Positions 9,903 through 18,828 of a stretch of 64,000 nucleotides of DNA are shown one piece after another. Every line of letters starts with the position of its first letter. Position 1 is the stretch's first letter. The translations under genes were made by a program, and so were the position numbers. The notes beneath the pieces were generated by a model that did no database searches, had not been told where the DNA came from, and saw only the letters and a program-made list of their open reading frames with translations. This DNA comes from an uncultured Planctomycetota bacterium (GTDB lineage Bacteria > Planctomycetota > Planctomycetia > Isosphaerales > Isosphaeraceae): positions 4,096,001 through 4,160,000 of the forward strand of contig CAVTTN010000002.1 in the NCBI GenBank assembly GCA_963737655.1. The letters run 5' to 3'.

Positions 9903-10805
9903 TTATGAGAGTGCGGGGTTAGGGATCGTCACGGCATCGGCCGGGGGGAGCGGAGCGACCCCCGGCTTGATCTGGGCCGCTGCGTACTCCGCCGGGGTCC
10001 GATTCCCCAGCGAGCTATGCGGCCTCCGGTGGTTGTAGTCCAGGCGATGATCTTCGAGGATCATCTTCGCCTCCTTCAGCGTCTCGAACGTCTCTCGGTC
10101 CAGCAGCTCGTCCCTCAGCCGGCTGTTGAACGTCTCGCTGTAGGCGTTCTCCCACGGGCTCCCCGGGGCGATGTACAAGGTCTTCGCCCCACGGCCGGCC
10201 AGCCAGCCCCTCGCCGCCTCGGCGATGAACTCCGGCCCGTTATCGCCGCGGATGAACTCCGGCTCGCCCCGGACCTCGAACAGGGACTCCAGGGTAGATA
10301 CCACATCCTTCGCCGCCAGGTGCCGCTCGAGCTCGATCGTCAGGCATTCCCTCGTGTACTCATCGACGATCGGCAGCATCTTCAGGCCCCTCCCGTCGGC
10401 GGTCTGGTCGTGGATGAAGTCGTAGCTCCAGACGTGGTCGGGTCGCTCGGATCGCCGACGGGCGCAGCCGTTCTCGCTCTGCCCCAGACGGCGACGTTTC
10501 CTCCGGATCTGCGGCACCTTGAGGCCTCCTCGACGCCAGAGCCGATGCACCCGCTTGAGGTTGACCGACCACCCCTGCCGCACGAGCAGGGCCTTGATCC
10601 GACGGTAACCGTAGCGGGGGTTCCCTCGGGCCAACTCCCTGATCCGCAACAACAACTCTCCCTCTGGTCCTCGTTCGGTCCCGATGTACCGCCGGGTCGA
10701 TCGGGGCACGCCCAGGGCCCGACAAGCCCGACGCTCGGAGATCTTGAACGAGGCCATCGCACGGGCGACGGCCTCCCGCCTCCGGGTCGGGCTCACGAGT
10801 TTCCC
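9903..10805 (-). CDS. IS3 transposase OrfB (DDE), reached by -1 frameshift
   Basis: RYGYRRI, WSYDF, DNGPEF and PGSPWENAYSETFN motifs; slippery heptamer G GGA AAC at 10805-10799. Confidence 0.93.
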   Translation of the reverse strand, partial: GKLVSPTRRREAVARAMASFKISERRACRALGVPRSTRRYIGTERGPEGELLLRIRELARGNPRYGYRRIKALLVRQGWSVNLKRVHRLWRRGGLKVPQIRRKRRRLGQSENGCARRRSERPDHVWSYDFIHDQTADGRGLKMLPIVDEYTRECLTIELERHLAAKDVVSTLESLFEVRGEPEFIRGDNGPEFIAEAARGWLAGRGAKTLYIAPGSPWENAYSETFNSRLRDELLDRETFETLKEAKMILEDHRLDYNHRRPHSSLGNRTPAEYAAAQIKPGVAPLPPADAVTIPNPALS

Positions 10806-11071
10806 CGGGCGGCCTCCTTGAGGATCGCCTTGTCCAGGGCCAGGTCGGCCACCAGGGCCTTGAGCCGGGCGTTCTCCTTCTCCAGCTCCTTGAGGCGTTT
10901 CATCTCGTCGGATTTGATGCCGCCGAACTGGCTCCGCCAGCGGTAGTAGGTGTTCTCGGCGATGCCCAGGGCCTTGCAGATCTCGGGGACGGCGACTCCC
11001 TTGGCCAACTCGTCGTCGGCCTCGCGGAGCTTGCGGATGATCTGCTCGGGCGAGTGGCGGATGCGCTTCAT
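10793..11071 (-). CDS. IS3 transposase OrfA (HTH)
   Basis: MKRIRHSPEQIIRKLRE...T.YRWR..FGG....KRLKELEKENARLK.LVADLALDK.ILKE. Confidence 0.95.
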   Translation of the reverse strand: MKRIRHSPEQIIRKLREADDELAKGVAVPEICKALGIAENTYYRWRSQFGGIKSDEMKRLKELEKENARLKALVADLALDKAILKEAARGNS

Positions 11072-11143
11072 GGTGAGTCCTCCTGCCCTGGCGGGCGAGA
11101 ATGGCTCTCATACCAGATGGACCAACCCAGGGGGAGCAGGCCA

Positions 11144-11419
11144 GAAGCTCCCGGCCCCAAGCCGCTCGACGAGGATGTAGTCCTGGCCCGGAACTTTCTG
11201 GCCCGGCTCGAACCCCAGCAGGCTGCCCGCCCGTCGCTCGTCGTCGAGGTTCCAGGCGAGGATGGTTCCGATCTTCCGAAGATTCCCGATCCGCCGACCC
11301 AATTCGGAGAGGAGTTCGGAAGGCCCCTCGGGGCACAACTCCTCCGGCGTGAGGTCACGCCCGGATTCGTACTCATCCTCCCACCGATCGAGGAGTTCTT
11401 CGATGAGGTCGTCGGACAT
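11144..11419 (-). pseudogene. N-terminal remnant of a Ser/Thr protein kinase
   Basis: Planctomycete kinase leader (ELLDRWE....G...TPEELC) then Y.LVERLGAGSF. The glycine-rich loop is cut exactly at the IS end. Confidence 0.78.
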
Positions 11420-11935
11420 CTTTCGCCTGCTAGGGGGATCAGCCCGGAGTCATTCGATGCCCGTCCACCGAGGGCTTGGAATGAGGTTCATTCCTCATGC
11501 GACGAGCCAAAGCATCGGCTCTAAGTTCGAGATGATCACAGCAGGGCCGAGCCCCCTCCAACAAGGGGTGACCCGCACGACCAACGCTTACAAGATTTGG
11601 GAAAGGTCGGTTCGGGTTCAGGCAGATGAGGATTATGAGGGGGGCATCCCACGATCCACGGTTGGAGACGGTCCTGAACGGCCCCTTCATCCTGGACATT
11701 GAGCCGCTCACCTACCGGACGAACCTAACCCGGTCTCATACCTTGTCTGACGCTTCCACGGGCGGTTCTTGACCGAAGCCAGCCCCGTCAACGAGGGCGT
11801 GGTCGGGTTTCGCCCTTGGCGGGATAAGCCGGAACTCCGCCAATAGTAGGGTAGGAATCGACGCAGCCATCCCAGACCTTTCCGGTCGGGAATCCGGTTG
11901 CGTCCCCTGGCGGACCCGATGAGGAGGGGAGAGGC

Positions 11936-12673
11936 GTGGTGAACGATTCGAGCCCAACAGTTACGGCATCAGCCAGGAGGCCCAAGCGAGTCCCGCCCCG
12001 GACCGACCTGGATCATTTCGCCGAATTCGTCGATCGGGCCGGTGGCAGCTCCGGTGCCGATGCATTCTCGGTTTTTGCCTTCGACGGCGAGGAAGAGCGG
12101 CATTACAGGCCGCACGAGGGGATCACGGAGGAAGTGTTCGAGAGGCTGGGCCGGGAAGAGTGGGAGAGGGAGGAGTTGGCTCGGGCCGTCGTCGAGAACT
12201 TGCTGTGTCAACGCAGCCACAAGGTCCGGGTGGTCCGATCCGTGCTGGAGGACCACCCGAAGGCAAGCCTGCCGGAGATGGTCGAGGAGCGGGGGTTCGC
12301 CGCAGTGGGCGACGAGATGGAGCGGGCCATGCGAGCAGCCCGAGTGTCGGCGAGGGAACCCGAGAGGGGTCCGACACCACCTTCCCCATCGGCCCTCACG
12401 ATGCTGTTCGATCGGATGACCGCCCTCGAAGCCAAGGTGGCCACGACGGCAACGTCCCTTCATTCGACATCCAGACCCGAGAACACCGCCCAGTACGCAT
12501 CGCCCTACCTCGACACCCGGAAGGCTGCTGCCTACCTGGGAGTTAGCCTGGGCAGCCTCTACGGGATCGTGGAGCGGGGGCAGATTCGCCCCCTCCGTGG
12601 CCCCCGGAGGAGATACCGCTTCACGGCGGCGATGCTGGACGAATACCTGGGTCGGAAGGGGGGCGGACGTTGA
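11936..12673 (+). CDS. Excisionase-like HTH protein with long N-terminal extension
   Basis: C-terminal YLDTRKAAAYLGVSLGSLYGIVERGQI....GPRRRYRF...LDEYL (HTH_17/Xis type); stop overlaps the integrase start (TTGA). Start codon uncertain. Confidence 0.8.
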   Translation: MVNDSSPTVTASARRPKRVPPRTDLDHFAEFVDRAGGSSGADAFSVFAFDGEEERHYRPHEGITEEVFERLGREEWEREELARAVVENLLCQRSHKVRVVRSVLEDHPKASLPEMVEERGFAAVGDEMERAMRAARVSAREPERGPTPPSPSALTMLFDRMTALEAKVATTATSLHSTSRPENTAQYASPYLDTRKAAAYLGVSLGSLYGIVERGQIRPLRGPRRRYRFTAAMLDEYLGRKGGGR

Positions 12674-13881
12674 ACGGCGAGGTCTTCGTGCTGGACGACG
12701 GTCGGAGGGTGCGATTCTCGCTCAAAAAGCGGGACCGTGACCCCTGCTACCTCGTGAGTTTCAAGGGGCCTGATGGCGGGCGGAAGGAGCTTTCCACCAA
12801 GGAGGCCAACAACCGTCGGGCGGTGGATGCCTCGGTCCTGCTGATCAGGACGGCGTTCATGCCGAAGGGCGACCCCCCGAAGAACCCGTCCTGGGACGAG
12901 GCCATCGGGGTGATGATCCCCCAGATGAAGTCCGATGGGCTTCGCCCCACCACCATCGACCAGTATCTCCTCGTGATCAAGTCGTTGCGACGGACCTTCC
13001 CGGATGCCCACGGCCCGGCTGGGATCACCCCGAGCATGGCGAGTCGCTACAAGGCCCTGCGGCGTGAGAAGGGGATGCGAGACCGTCCCTTCACCGTCCG
13101 AACCGTCCAGGGGAATCTCGACAACTTGAATATCATCTACAACAAGTGGTGGATCGGCGAGTGCAAGATCTTGACCGACAATCCCTTCGCCGACGTGTCG
13201 CAGATGAAGGCCGACAGGCAGAGCCCACGGGTGCTGCTCCCCCAGGAAGTGAACAGCTTCCTCGACTGGTTGTCGAAGCGGTGGGGCGGCTGGCGGCTAC
13301 CGATTCTGTTCCTCGAAACCAAGGGACTGGTCGGATGCCGGATCATGGAGCTTGCGTCGGCGTCGAGGAACGACCTGCGGGATGGGAGGCTCTATTTTGC
13401 CGCCGAGACGACCAAGGGTCGCAAGGAGCGGGGGGTCAAGCTGCCCGCTGCGATCTACGCCGAGCTTCAATCGCTGGCCGGGCCGATGTTCGTATGGGAG
13501 GCGTTCCCTGCGCAGCTACGGAGAGCATTCCAGGAGCGGGGATGGCTGCGGGCGGAACTAATCGAACCCGACTTCAGGCCGAACCGGCTGAAGAAGTGGA
13601 TGCAGCGGGAGAAGCGGACGTATCTGAAGCTCAACCCCTCGGCCAAGAAGTTCAAGCTGCACAACCTCCGTGGCACGGCCATGACGAAGGCGAAGGTGGT
13701 GGGGATTAGCTACGAGGACGCCGCAGTCGCCTTCGGCTGCAACCCCGAGACGATGCGGAAGCATTACGTCGCCTTGGACGAGACTGCGGTGTCCGATCGG
13801 GTGATGGACGCCATCCAGGGAGCAGGTCCGCCGATCGGGGATCGTGAATCCGAGGGGGCGTCGGGATTGCCCGACCCATGA
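12670..13881 (+). CDS. Tyrosine recombinase / phage-type integrase
   Basis: Catalytic motifs GCR.ME (R), TKGRK (K), LHNLR (HxxR) and MRKHY (Y); lies 140 bp from a tRNA 3' end. Confidence 0.88.
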   Translation: MNGEVFVLDDGRRVRFSLKKRDRDPCYLVSFKGPDGGRKELSTKEANNRRAVDASVLLIRTAFMPKGDPPKNPSWDEAIGVMIPQMKSDGLRPTTIDQYLLVIKSLRRTFPDAHGPAGITPSMASRYKALRREKGMRDRPFTVRTVQGNLDNLNIIYNKWWIGECKILTDNPFADVSQMKADRQSPRVLLPQEVNSFLDWLSKRWGGWRLPILFLETKGLVGCRIMELASASRNDLRDGRLYFAAETTKGRKERGVKLPAAIYAELQSLAGPMFVWEAFPAQLRRAFQERGWLRAELIEPDFRPNRLKKWMQREKRTYLKLNPSAKKFKLHNLRGTAMTKAKVVGISYEDAAVAFGCNPETMRKHYVALDETAVSDRVMDAIQGAGPPIGDRESEGASGLPDP

Positions 13882-13976
13882 GGTTTGCCCTCGAAGATGG
13901 CCCGAGGTTTCGGCGAGATGAAAAACGGAGTAGGGACGAATGTGGGGAGATTTGAGGGAGATGGCCCCGAGGAAGC

Positions 13977-14014
13977 GAAAAACCCCGCCGCAACTCGTTG
14001 CTGGGGCGGGGTTT
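13977..14014 (-). terminator. Intrinsic terminator directly after tRNA-Gln
   Basis: Minus strand AAACCCCGCC-CCAGCAACGAGTTGC-GGCGGGGTTTTT: GC stem followed by a U-tract. Confidence 0.7.
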
Positions 14015-14020
14015 GCGTAG

Positions 14021-14091
14021 CTGGGGATCTAGGATTCGAACCTAGACTAAGTGATCCAGAGTCACTCGTGCTACCGTTACACCAATCCCCA
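14021..14091 (-). tRNA. tRNA-Gln (anticodon CTG)
   Basis: TGGGGATTGGTGTAACGGTAGCACGAGTGACTCTGGATCACTTAGTCTAGGTTCGAATCCTAGATCCCCAG folds as a cloverleaf; followed by CTA rather than CCA. Confidence 0.97.
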
Positions 14092-14118
14092 CCGCGAGAC
14101 TTCCCAATCGGAAGGTCG

Positions 14119-14147
14119 ATCGTACTACCCCGCCTCCGTCTTGGCAA
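14119..14147 (-). promoter_or_regulatory. Sigma70-type promoter of tRNA-Gln
   Basis: TTGCCA-N17-TACGAT, ending 27 bp upstream of the tRNA. Confidence 0.65.
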
Positions 14148-14280
14148 GGCGGATCGACCGAGCAATCGGAATCCAGGGACCGAGAGGGCCGAGCCCGTCG
14201 TCCGGCCAATGAGGGAACCAGCCGCTCCCGGTCGAGCGATGGATTCCCCAAGTCCTTAGCTTTCCAGGAATTCCATCCAA

Positions 14281-14352
14281 AGGCGCCGCCCGGATTCGAA
14301 CCGGGGAATAACGGATTTGCAATCCGCTGCCTTACCACTTGGCTACGGCGCC
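14281..14352 (-). tRNA. tRNA-Cys (anticodon GCA)
   Basis: GGCGCCGTAGCCAAGTGGTAAGGCAGCGGATTGCAAATCCGTTATTCCCCGGTTCGAATCCGGGCGGCGCCT; CCA is not encoded. Confidence 0.97.
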
Positions 14353-14363
14353 CGCGTTTTCCT

Positions 14364-14392
14364 ATGGTAGCGGGCAGGTCAAGCCGAGGCAA
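14364..14392 (-). promoter_or_regulatory. Sigma70-type promoter of tRNA-Cys
   Basis: TTGCCT-N17-TACCAT, ending 11 bp upstream of the tRNA. Confidence 0.65.
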
Positions 14393-14575
14393 GTCCGTCC
14401 GCCCTCCCGCTTGCGGGCCGATTCGTTCTCGGGGGAGAGGGCCTCGGGGGCGATTTCTTGGGTGGCCGGGTTCCGCATCCGGAACCCGTGAGGATCCACT
14501 CATCGGGTCCGAAGACGGAACCCTTGCCTCCCGAAAACCTTCGGGAAACGGCCCTGACTGCCGCTCGTCCTCGCC

Positions 14576-16756
14576 CTAGACCTTCTTGATTGCGACGAGT
14601 TTCTTCCCGACAAACCGATAGTACGTACCCGAGGGCGGGTTCGGATGGGCGTCGAACTGCTTGGCCGGGAAGATCAGCGAGTGACGACGCGTGCCGAAGT
14701 TCGCCGTCCCGGCGTACAGCAGGTCGTTGCCCGCGCTCTTGATGAACTTGACCCGTCCCTGCCGGCCGATCAGGACGTCGTGGTTGACGCCTCCCTGGAG
14801 CGTGTTCGTGCCGAACCAGCCGTGCTCGCGGGTCGTCCCGCCTCCGGCCTGCAAGACGTTCTCGCCGTGGCCGTGGCCGCCGTCGAGCGTCGTCGGGATC
14901 GTCACCGCGGAACTCACCGAGATGTTGTCGCCGTTCTTCGAGCCGTATACGACGATCCGATCCACTCCCGAGGCGGCCGGAGCCGTGGCGTCCACCTGGC
15001 CGTTGACCGTGACCTGGAGGTTGCCGTTGACCTGGTCCACCGAGATCACGTTCTTGGTCTTGTCGCCCGGGGCTTTGGGGACCGGCGTCACGACGAGGAC
15101 CGTGCCGATCATCCGGACGGCCCCGGTGTTGGCTCCGTTCACGGTGATGGTCTCGGTCGCCGGGGTGCTCGAAAGATTCGGCGTCGGAGCGCCCACGTCG
15201 GTCACGCTGAAGTTCAGGGAGTCGGTGCCGAGGTAGTTCGGGTTGGGCGTGTACGTGAACGTCCCGGTCGCGGCATTGAAGTTCGAGATCGTCCCGTGCT
15301 GAGGCTGGCTCAGCAGGGTGTAGGTGAGCGTCTGCCCGGACTGGGGATTGGCGTTGTTGCCCTGGAGCTGGACGGTGGTGGGCTGATTGGCCTGGGCGGT
15401 GGCCGTCCCGGAGACGGCGATCGGCGCGAGGTTCACCACGGCCCCGTTGGTGACGGTCAGGGTGATGGCCTGCGTGTCGTAATTGTTGATATTTTCGATC
15501 GTCTGGCCGGTGCCGGTCCCCGATCGGTTCACCTGGTCCCGGACGCCGACCAGGAGGTTGATCACGCCGGTGAACCCCGAGTTCGGCGTGACGGTCACGA
15601 CGCCGTTGGCATCGACCGAGGCCGTGGCGTTGGAGACCGAGGTGAAGGTGGGGTTGGTGGCGTCGGTGCTCACGCCTCCGCCGACCATGTACGTGACCTG
15701 GTCTCCGGGGGTGGGGATCACGGTGGGGAGCGCGAAGACGTCGGTCTGGCCCGCGCCGACGACCTGGTTCTGCACCGTCCCGAGGAACGGCCGTTCGGTG
15801 ATCGGCTGGCCGGAGGTGTCGTTGTTGGCGACGACGGCGGCCTGGAAGGTCTGGGACGTGGTGGCGCCCGAGGGGTCGGTGGCTGTCACGGTGATGTTCG
15901 CGGTCTGGCCGGCGGACGTGCCGACCGCGCTGAGGTGGATGACCCCGTTGGGATTGGTCGTGGAGAGCGTGGTCGAGTTCATCAGGATCGGGTTGACCGG
16001 CGTGGTCCCGTCGCTGCCTCGGGCCACCTGGGTCATGTCGGTCAGGATGTCGAACCCGGAGACCAGCTGGCCGAAGATGGTCTTGTTGAAGTCGAGGAAG
16101 CGGGGCATCCCGGTGGTGATGTAGAACTGGGAGTCGTTGGTGTCGTTGCCGGCGTTGGCCATGGCGAGCTGGCCGGTGCCGTCGTAGACGAGCTGCTGGT
16201 TATACTCGTCCTGGAACGGGAAGCCGGGCTGGTTCAGGCTTCCCGAGCCGTTGCCGGACTGCGAGCCGCCCTGGACGATGAAATCGTTGGCGCCGGGGAA
16301 CCCGCTGGCGACCCGGTGGAAGTTCTTGTCGGGGAGCGAGGGTGAACCCGACGTGGGCGAGGTGTAGAAGCCCTGCTGGACGAGTTCCTCGATGTGGGCC
16401 GCCGTGATCGGCGTGAGGTCCTCGAAGAGCTGGAAGGTCATGGACCCGGTGAAGGCCGGGTCGCTGGCCCCGCTGGACGTGTGGGTCACGTTGATCGTCA
16501 AGAACTGGCCTTGAGCGACCGAGGCCTGAACGGCCGGGTTGCTCGAGGTCACGGAGAACGTTTGATTGGCACCGGCCCCGCCATTCAGGGGGACCTGATA
16601 GCCGAGGTTCGCCGGGACCGAGACATTGGCGATCGGGGCGAGCGTGGCCATCAGGGCGCGGCCCTCCAGGGCCTCGACCCCCGGCCGACGGGCCCGGCGA
16701 TGGGCGTGCCGCGCGTCCCCGGAACGGCCCATTCCCTCCCGCGTGCGGTCAGACAT
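14576..16756 (-). CDS. Secreted cyclophilin-type peptidyl-prolyl isomerase with Ig-like (Big_9/cadherin-like) domains
   Basis: Planctomycete export motif RRARRPGVEALEGRALMA; cyclophilin motifs FHRV...FIVQGG, LAMANAG.DTNDSQFYIT and TIFGQLVSG; QPQHGT...FTYTPN.NYLGTDS repeat; GGAGGT RBS. Confidence 0.88.
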   Translation of the reverse strand: MSDRTREGMGRSGDARHAHRRARRPGVEALEGRALMATLAPIANVSVPANLGYQVPLNGGAGANQTFSVTSSNPAVQASVAQGQFLTINVTHTSSGASDPAFTGSMTFQLFEDLTPITAAHIEELVQQGFYTSPTSGSPSLPDKNFHRVASGFPGANDFIVQGGSQSGNGSGSLNQPGFPFQDEYNQQLVYDGTGQLAMANAGNDTNDSQFYITTGMPRFLDFNKTIFGQLVSGFDILTDMTQVARGSDGTTPVNPILMNSTTLSTTNPNGVIHLSAVGTSAGQTANITVTATDPSGATTSQTFQAAVVANNDTSGQPITERPFLGTVQNQVVGAGQTDVFALPTVIPTPGDQVTYMVGGGVSTDATNPTFTSVSNATASVDANGVVTVTPNSGFTGVINLLVGVRDQVNRSGTGTGQTIENINNYDTQAITLTVTNGAVVNLAPIAVSGTATAQANQPTTVQLQGNNANPQSGQTLTYTLLSQPQHGTISNFNAATGTFTYTPNPNYLGTDSLNFSVTDVGAPTPNLSSTPATETITVNGANTGAVRMIGTVLVVTPVPKAPGDKTKNVISVDQVNGNLQVTVNGQVDATAPAASGVDRIVVYGSKNGDNISVSSAVTIPTTLDGGHGHGENVLQAGGGTTREHGWFGTNTLQGGVNHDVLIGRQGRVKFIKSAGNDLLYAGTANFGTRRHSLIFPAKQFDAHPNPPSGTYYRFVGKKLVAIKKV

Positions 16757-16873
16757 CCATCACCTCCGGCGACTCGTCCCCTCCCGACCGCGACGCGGGA
16801 TGGCCCCTCGTGCGGTCACGATCCTCCAGGAGTATCGGCCGTGACGGTCGGGGGGCTTGAATCGGGGCGTCCG

Positions 16874-16915
16874 AAAATGCCGACGGCGACGGAGGATTTC
16901 CCCCGTCGCCGCCGG
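16874..16915 (-). terminator. Probable terminator hairpin after the 577-aa gene
   Basis: Stem CGGCGACGG/CCGTCGCCG with a short T-run downstream on the minus strand. Confidence 0.5.
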
Positions 16916-16945
16916 AACCGCGTTTCGTCTGGGCCTCAAACCCGG

Positions 16946-18679
16946 TCAGGGATTGGCCTTGCGGAGGATGAACTGGGTGATCGTGAACCCCTGTTCGTCC
17001 ATCGTCCCGTAGCTGCCGCCCTGCGAGAGATACTTGGCGAAGACGGAGAAATCCGGGACCTTCGCCTTGTCGATCGGGCTCTTGATCTCGGCGGCGTTGG
17101 GGTTGGAGTTCTTGATCGCCTCTTCGAGCTTGCCCGACTTGAACATCTCGTAGAGGACCTTGGCCTGCTCCTCGGCCTTGTCGAACGAGAGGACGCTGTT
17201 CTTCTCGGGGAGCTTCTTGGCCACGGCCTGGTAGTCGCCGGTCTCGGCCAGGCTGGCGCCCCCGGTGCGGAGGGCCTGTTCGAGGAACGCGGGCTCGGAG
17301 GAGACGAACAGGGTGCCCTTGGCGATGGCCACGCTGATCGGCCCCTGGATGTCCAGGCCGGCGCCGTTGGGGAGGTTCGGCACGTCGAAGTCGTAGACGG
17401 TCGTGCCCTGGAATTCGCGCTTCTTGGGGGACGCCTTGGTCACGTCCAGCAGCTTGTTGAAGGTGTTCTGGAACGCCTTGGGGTCGTCCAGGGCGATCCC
17501 GAACAGGTAGCGCTGGCTCTTCTCGGTGATCGGCTTCTTGAAGTCGCTCACCGCCGTGATCCGGTTGCCCAGGGGGCCGAAGAGGTCCTTCTTGAAGTCG
17601 AAATCGCCCCCGGGACCGCCGATGCCCTTCTGGGCCTGGTCGAGGAACCCGCCGGCGCCGAACATGTCGGCCAGCTCGGTGATCGCCTTCCACGCGGCGT
17701 CGAGGTCCCAGGAGACCGACGAGTAGCTCACGGCCGAGGCGGGAACCCACGCCTGGGGCTTCAGGTCGATCGGCGGCATCGAGAAGATCTTGAGGATGCC
17801 CTGGGCCGGGCCGGGCGAGTAGATGAAGACCTTCAGGAGCTGGTCATAATCACCCGCGCCGAACGTGAAGCCGGCGCCGATGGCCTTCAGCCCGTTCACA
17901 CCGGTGACCTGGAGCTGGGCCTCGATCTGGGCGGCGTTGTCCTTGTTCGCCTGGGCGGCGAGCTTGAGGACCTGGGAGAAGTCGAGGTAGAACGAGACGT
18001 GCGAGTCCTTGCCCACGCCCTTCATCGTGTTGATGTAGGTCTCGCTGGTGGCCAGGCCCTCGGCGCGGGTGGGCCCGTTGGAGAGGTAGTCCTTCAGCAC
18101 GTCCACGTCGCTGGAGATCAGGAAGACCGATCCCTTCTGGGCCCAGACCATCGGCTCGTTGTCGTCGCCATTCTCGCGGACGACCGTGATCTTGACGTCC
18201 TTGAAGGTCTCGGTGGCGACCTTGGCGCCGTCGGCCTCGGCCTGCTTCATGGCCTTGGCCATGACGTCGGCCATCTTCGCCTCGTTCTTGCCGGCGTCGG
18301 CCGAGGCGAGCAGGGCGACGGGGATCTTGCCTTCCTTGGTCACCAGGGCGATCGTGACGGCCCCCTGGGGAAGCGTCAGGAGCTCGCCGATCGAGACGCC
18401 CACCTTCTCCTTGAGCTTCTTGCTGGGCTCCTCCAGCTTCGAGGTGATGTCCGCCTTCAACGGCTGCATCGCCGGGTCGGCCAGGAGCTGGCCGATCTGG
18501 CAGTTCTTGAACCCCTCGCGGAGCTTGCCGATGTCGTCGATCTTGAGCAGGGCGAAGGTCGACGGCGGCAGGGCCTTGTCCGACGGGTCGGCCGCTCGGG
18601 CCACCGACAGGGACATCCCGGCCAGGACCAGGCCGACGGCGAACGCGGACGGTGACCACGGCCGCAACGAATGACGCAT
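16946..18679 (-). CDS. Secreted hypothetical protein (DUF3352-like)
   Basis: Signal peptide ending ARA; very strong codon bias; architecture resembles planctomycete DUF3352-type periplasmic proteins. Confidence 0.75.
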   Translation of the reverse strand: MRHSLRPWSPSAFAVGLVLAGMSLSVARAADPSDKALPPSTFALLKIDDIGKLREGFKNCQIGQLLADPAMQPLKADITSKLEEPSKKLKEKVGVSIGELLTLPQGAVTIALVTKEGKIPVALLASADAGKNEAKMADVMAKAMKQAEADGAKVATETFKDVKITVVRENGDDNEPMVWAQKGSVFLISSDVDVLKDYLSNGPTRAEGLATSETYINTMKGVGKDSHVSFYLDFSQVLKLAAQANKDNAAQIEAQLQVTGVNGLKAIGAGFTFGAGDYDQLLKVFIYSPGPAQGILKIFSMPPIDLKPQAWVPASAVSYSSVSWDLDAAWKAITELADMFGAGGFLDQAQKGIGGPGGDFDFKKDLFGPLGNRITAVSDFKKPITEKSQRYLFGIALDDPKAFQNTFNKLLDVTKASPKKREFQGTTVYDFDVPNLPNGAGLDIQGPISVAIAKGTLFVSSEPAFLEQALRTGGASLAETGDYQAVAKKLPEKNSVLSFDKAEEQAKVLYEMFKSGKLEEAIKNSNPNAAEIKSPIDKAKVPDFSVFAKYLSQGGSYGTMDEQGFTITQFILRKANP

Positions 18680-18828
18680 GAAAGGCTCCTGAATACCTTC
18701 GGGCGAGAGGGGCGAAATCGAAACCTGACCCGGACCGCCTCGAGGCGACGGCCCGGGAATCGACCCGGGCGGGGTCCGCCCGCCGGGGCACCGGTTCTCA
18801 TGCCGAGCGGTTCGTCCCGGCCCTCGGC

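Larger units (their letters stand above)
9874..11143 (-). mobile_element. IS3-family insertion sequence (1270 bp; IS407-like organisation)
   Basis: Imperfect TG...CA terminal inverted repeats TGACCTGCCCCCGAATTCTGGTCCAGGGGTTATGAGAG (from 9874) and TGGCCTGCTCCCCCTGGGTTGGTCCATCTGGTATGAGAG (reverse, ending 11143); contains orfA and orfB. Confidence 0.95.
1..14020. mobile_element. Integrative element / genomic island at tRNA-Gln, left boundary probably outside the window
   Basis: xis-int pair pointing at the tRNA 3' end; dense pseudogenes, an IS and accessory cargo. No second copy of the tRNA 3' end was noticed in 1-13900. Confidence 0.65.

Noticed and set aside
13706..14579. Short ORFs overlapping the tRNA region
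   Set aside because: They overlap two clear tRNA genes and their promoters, and are not protein-like.
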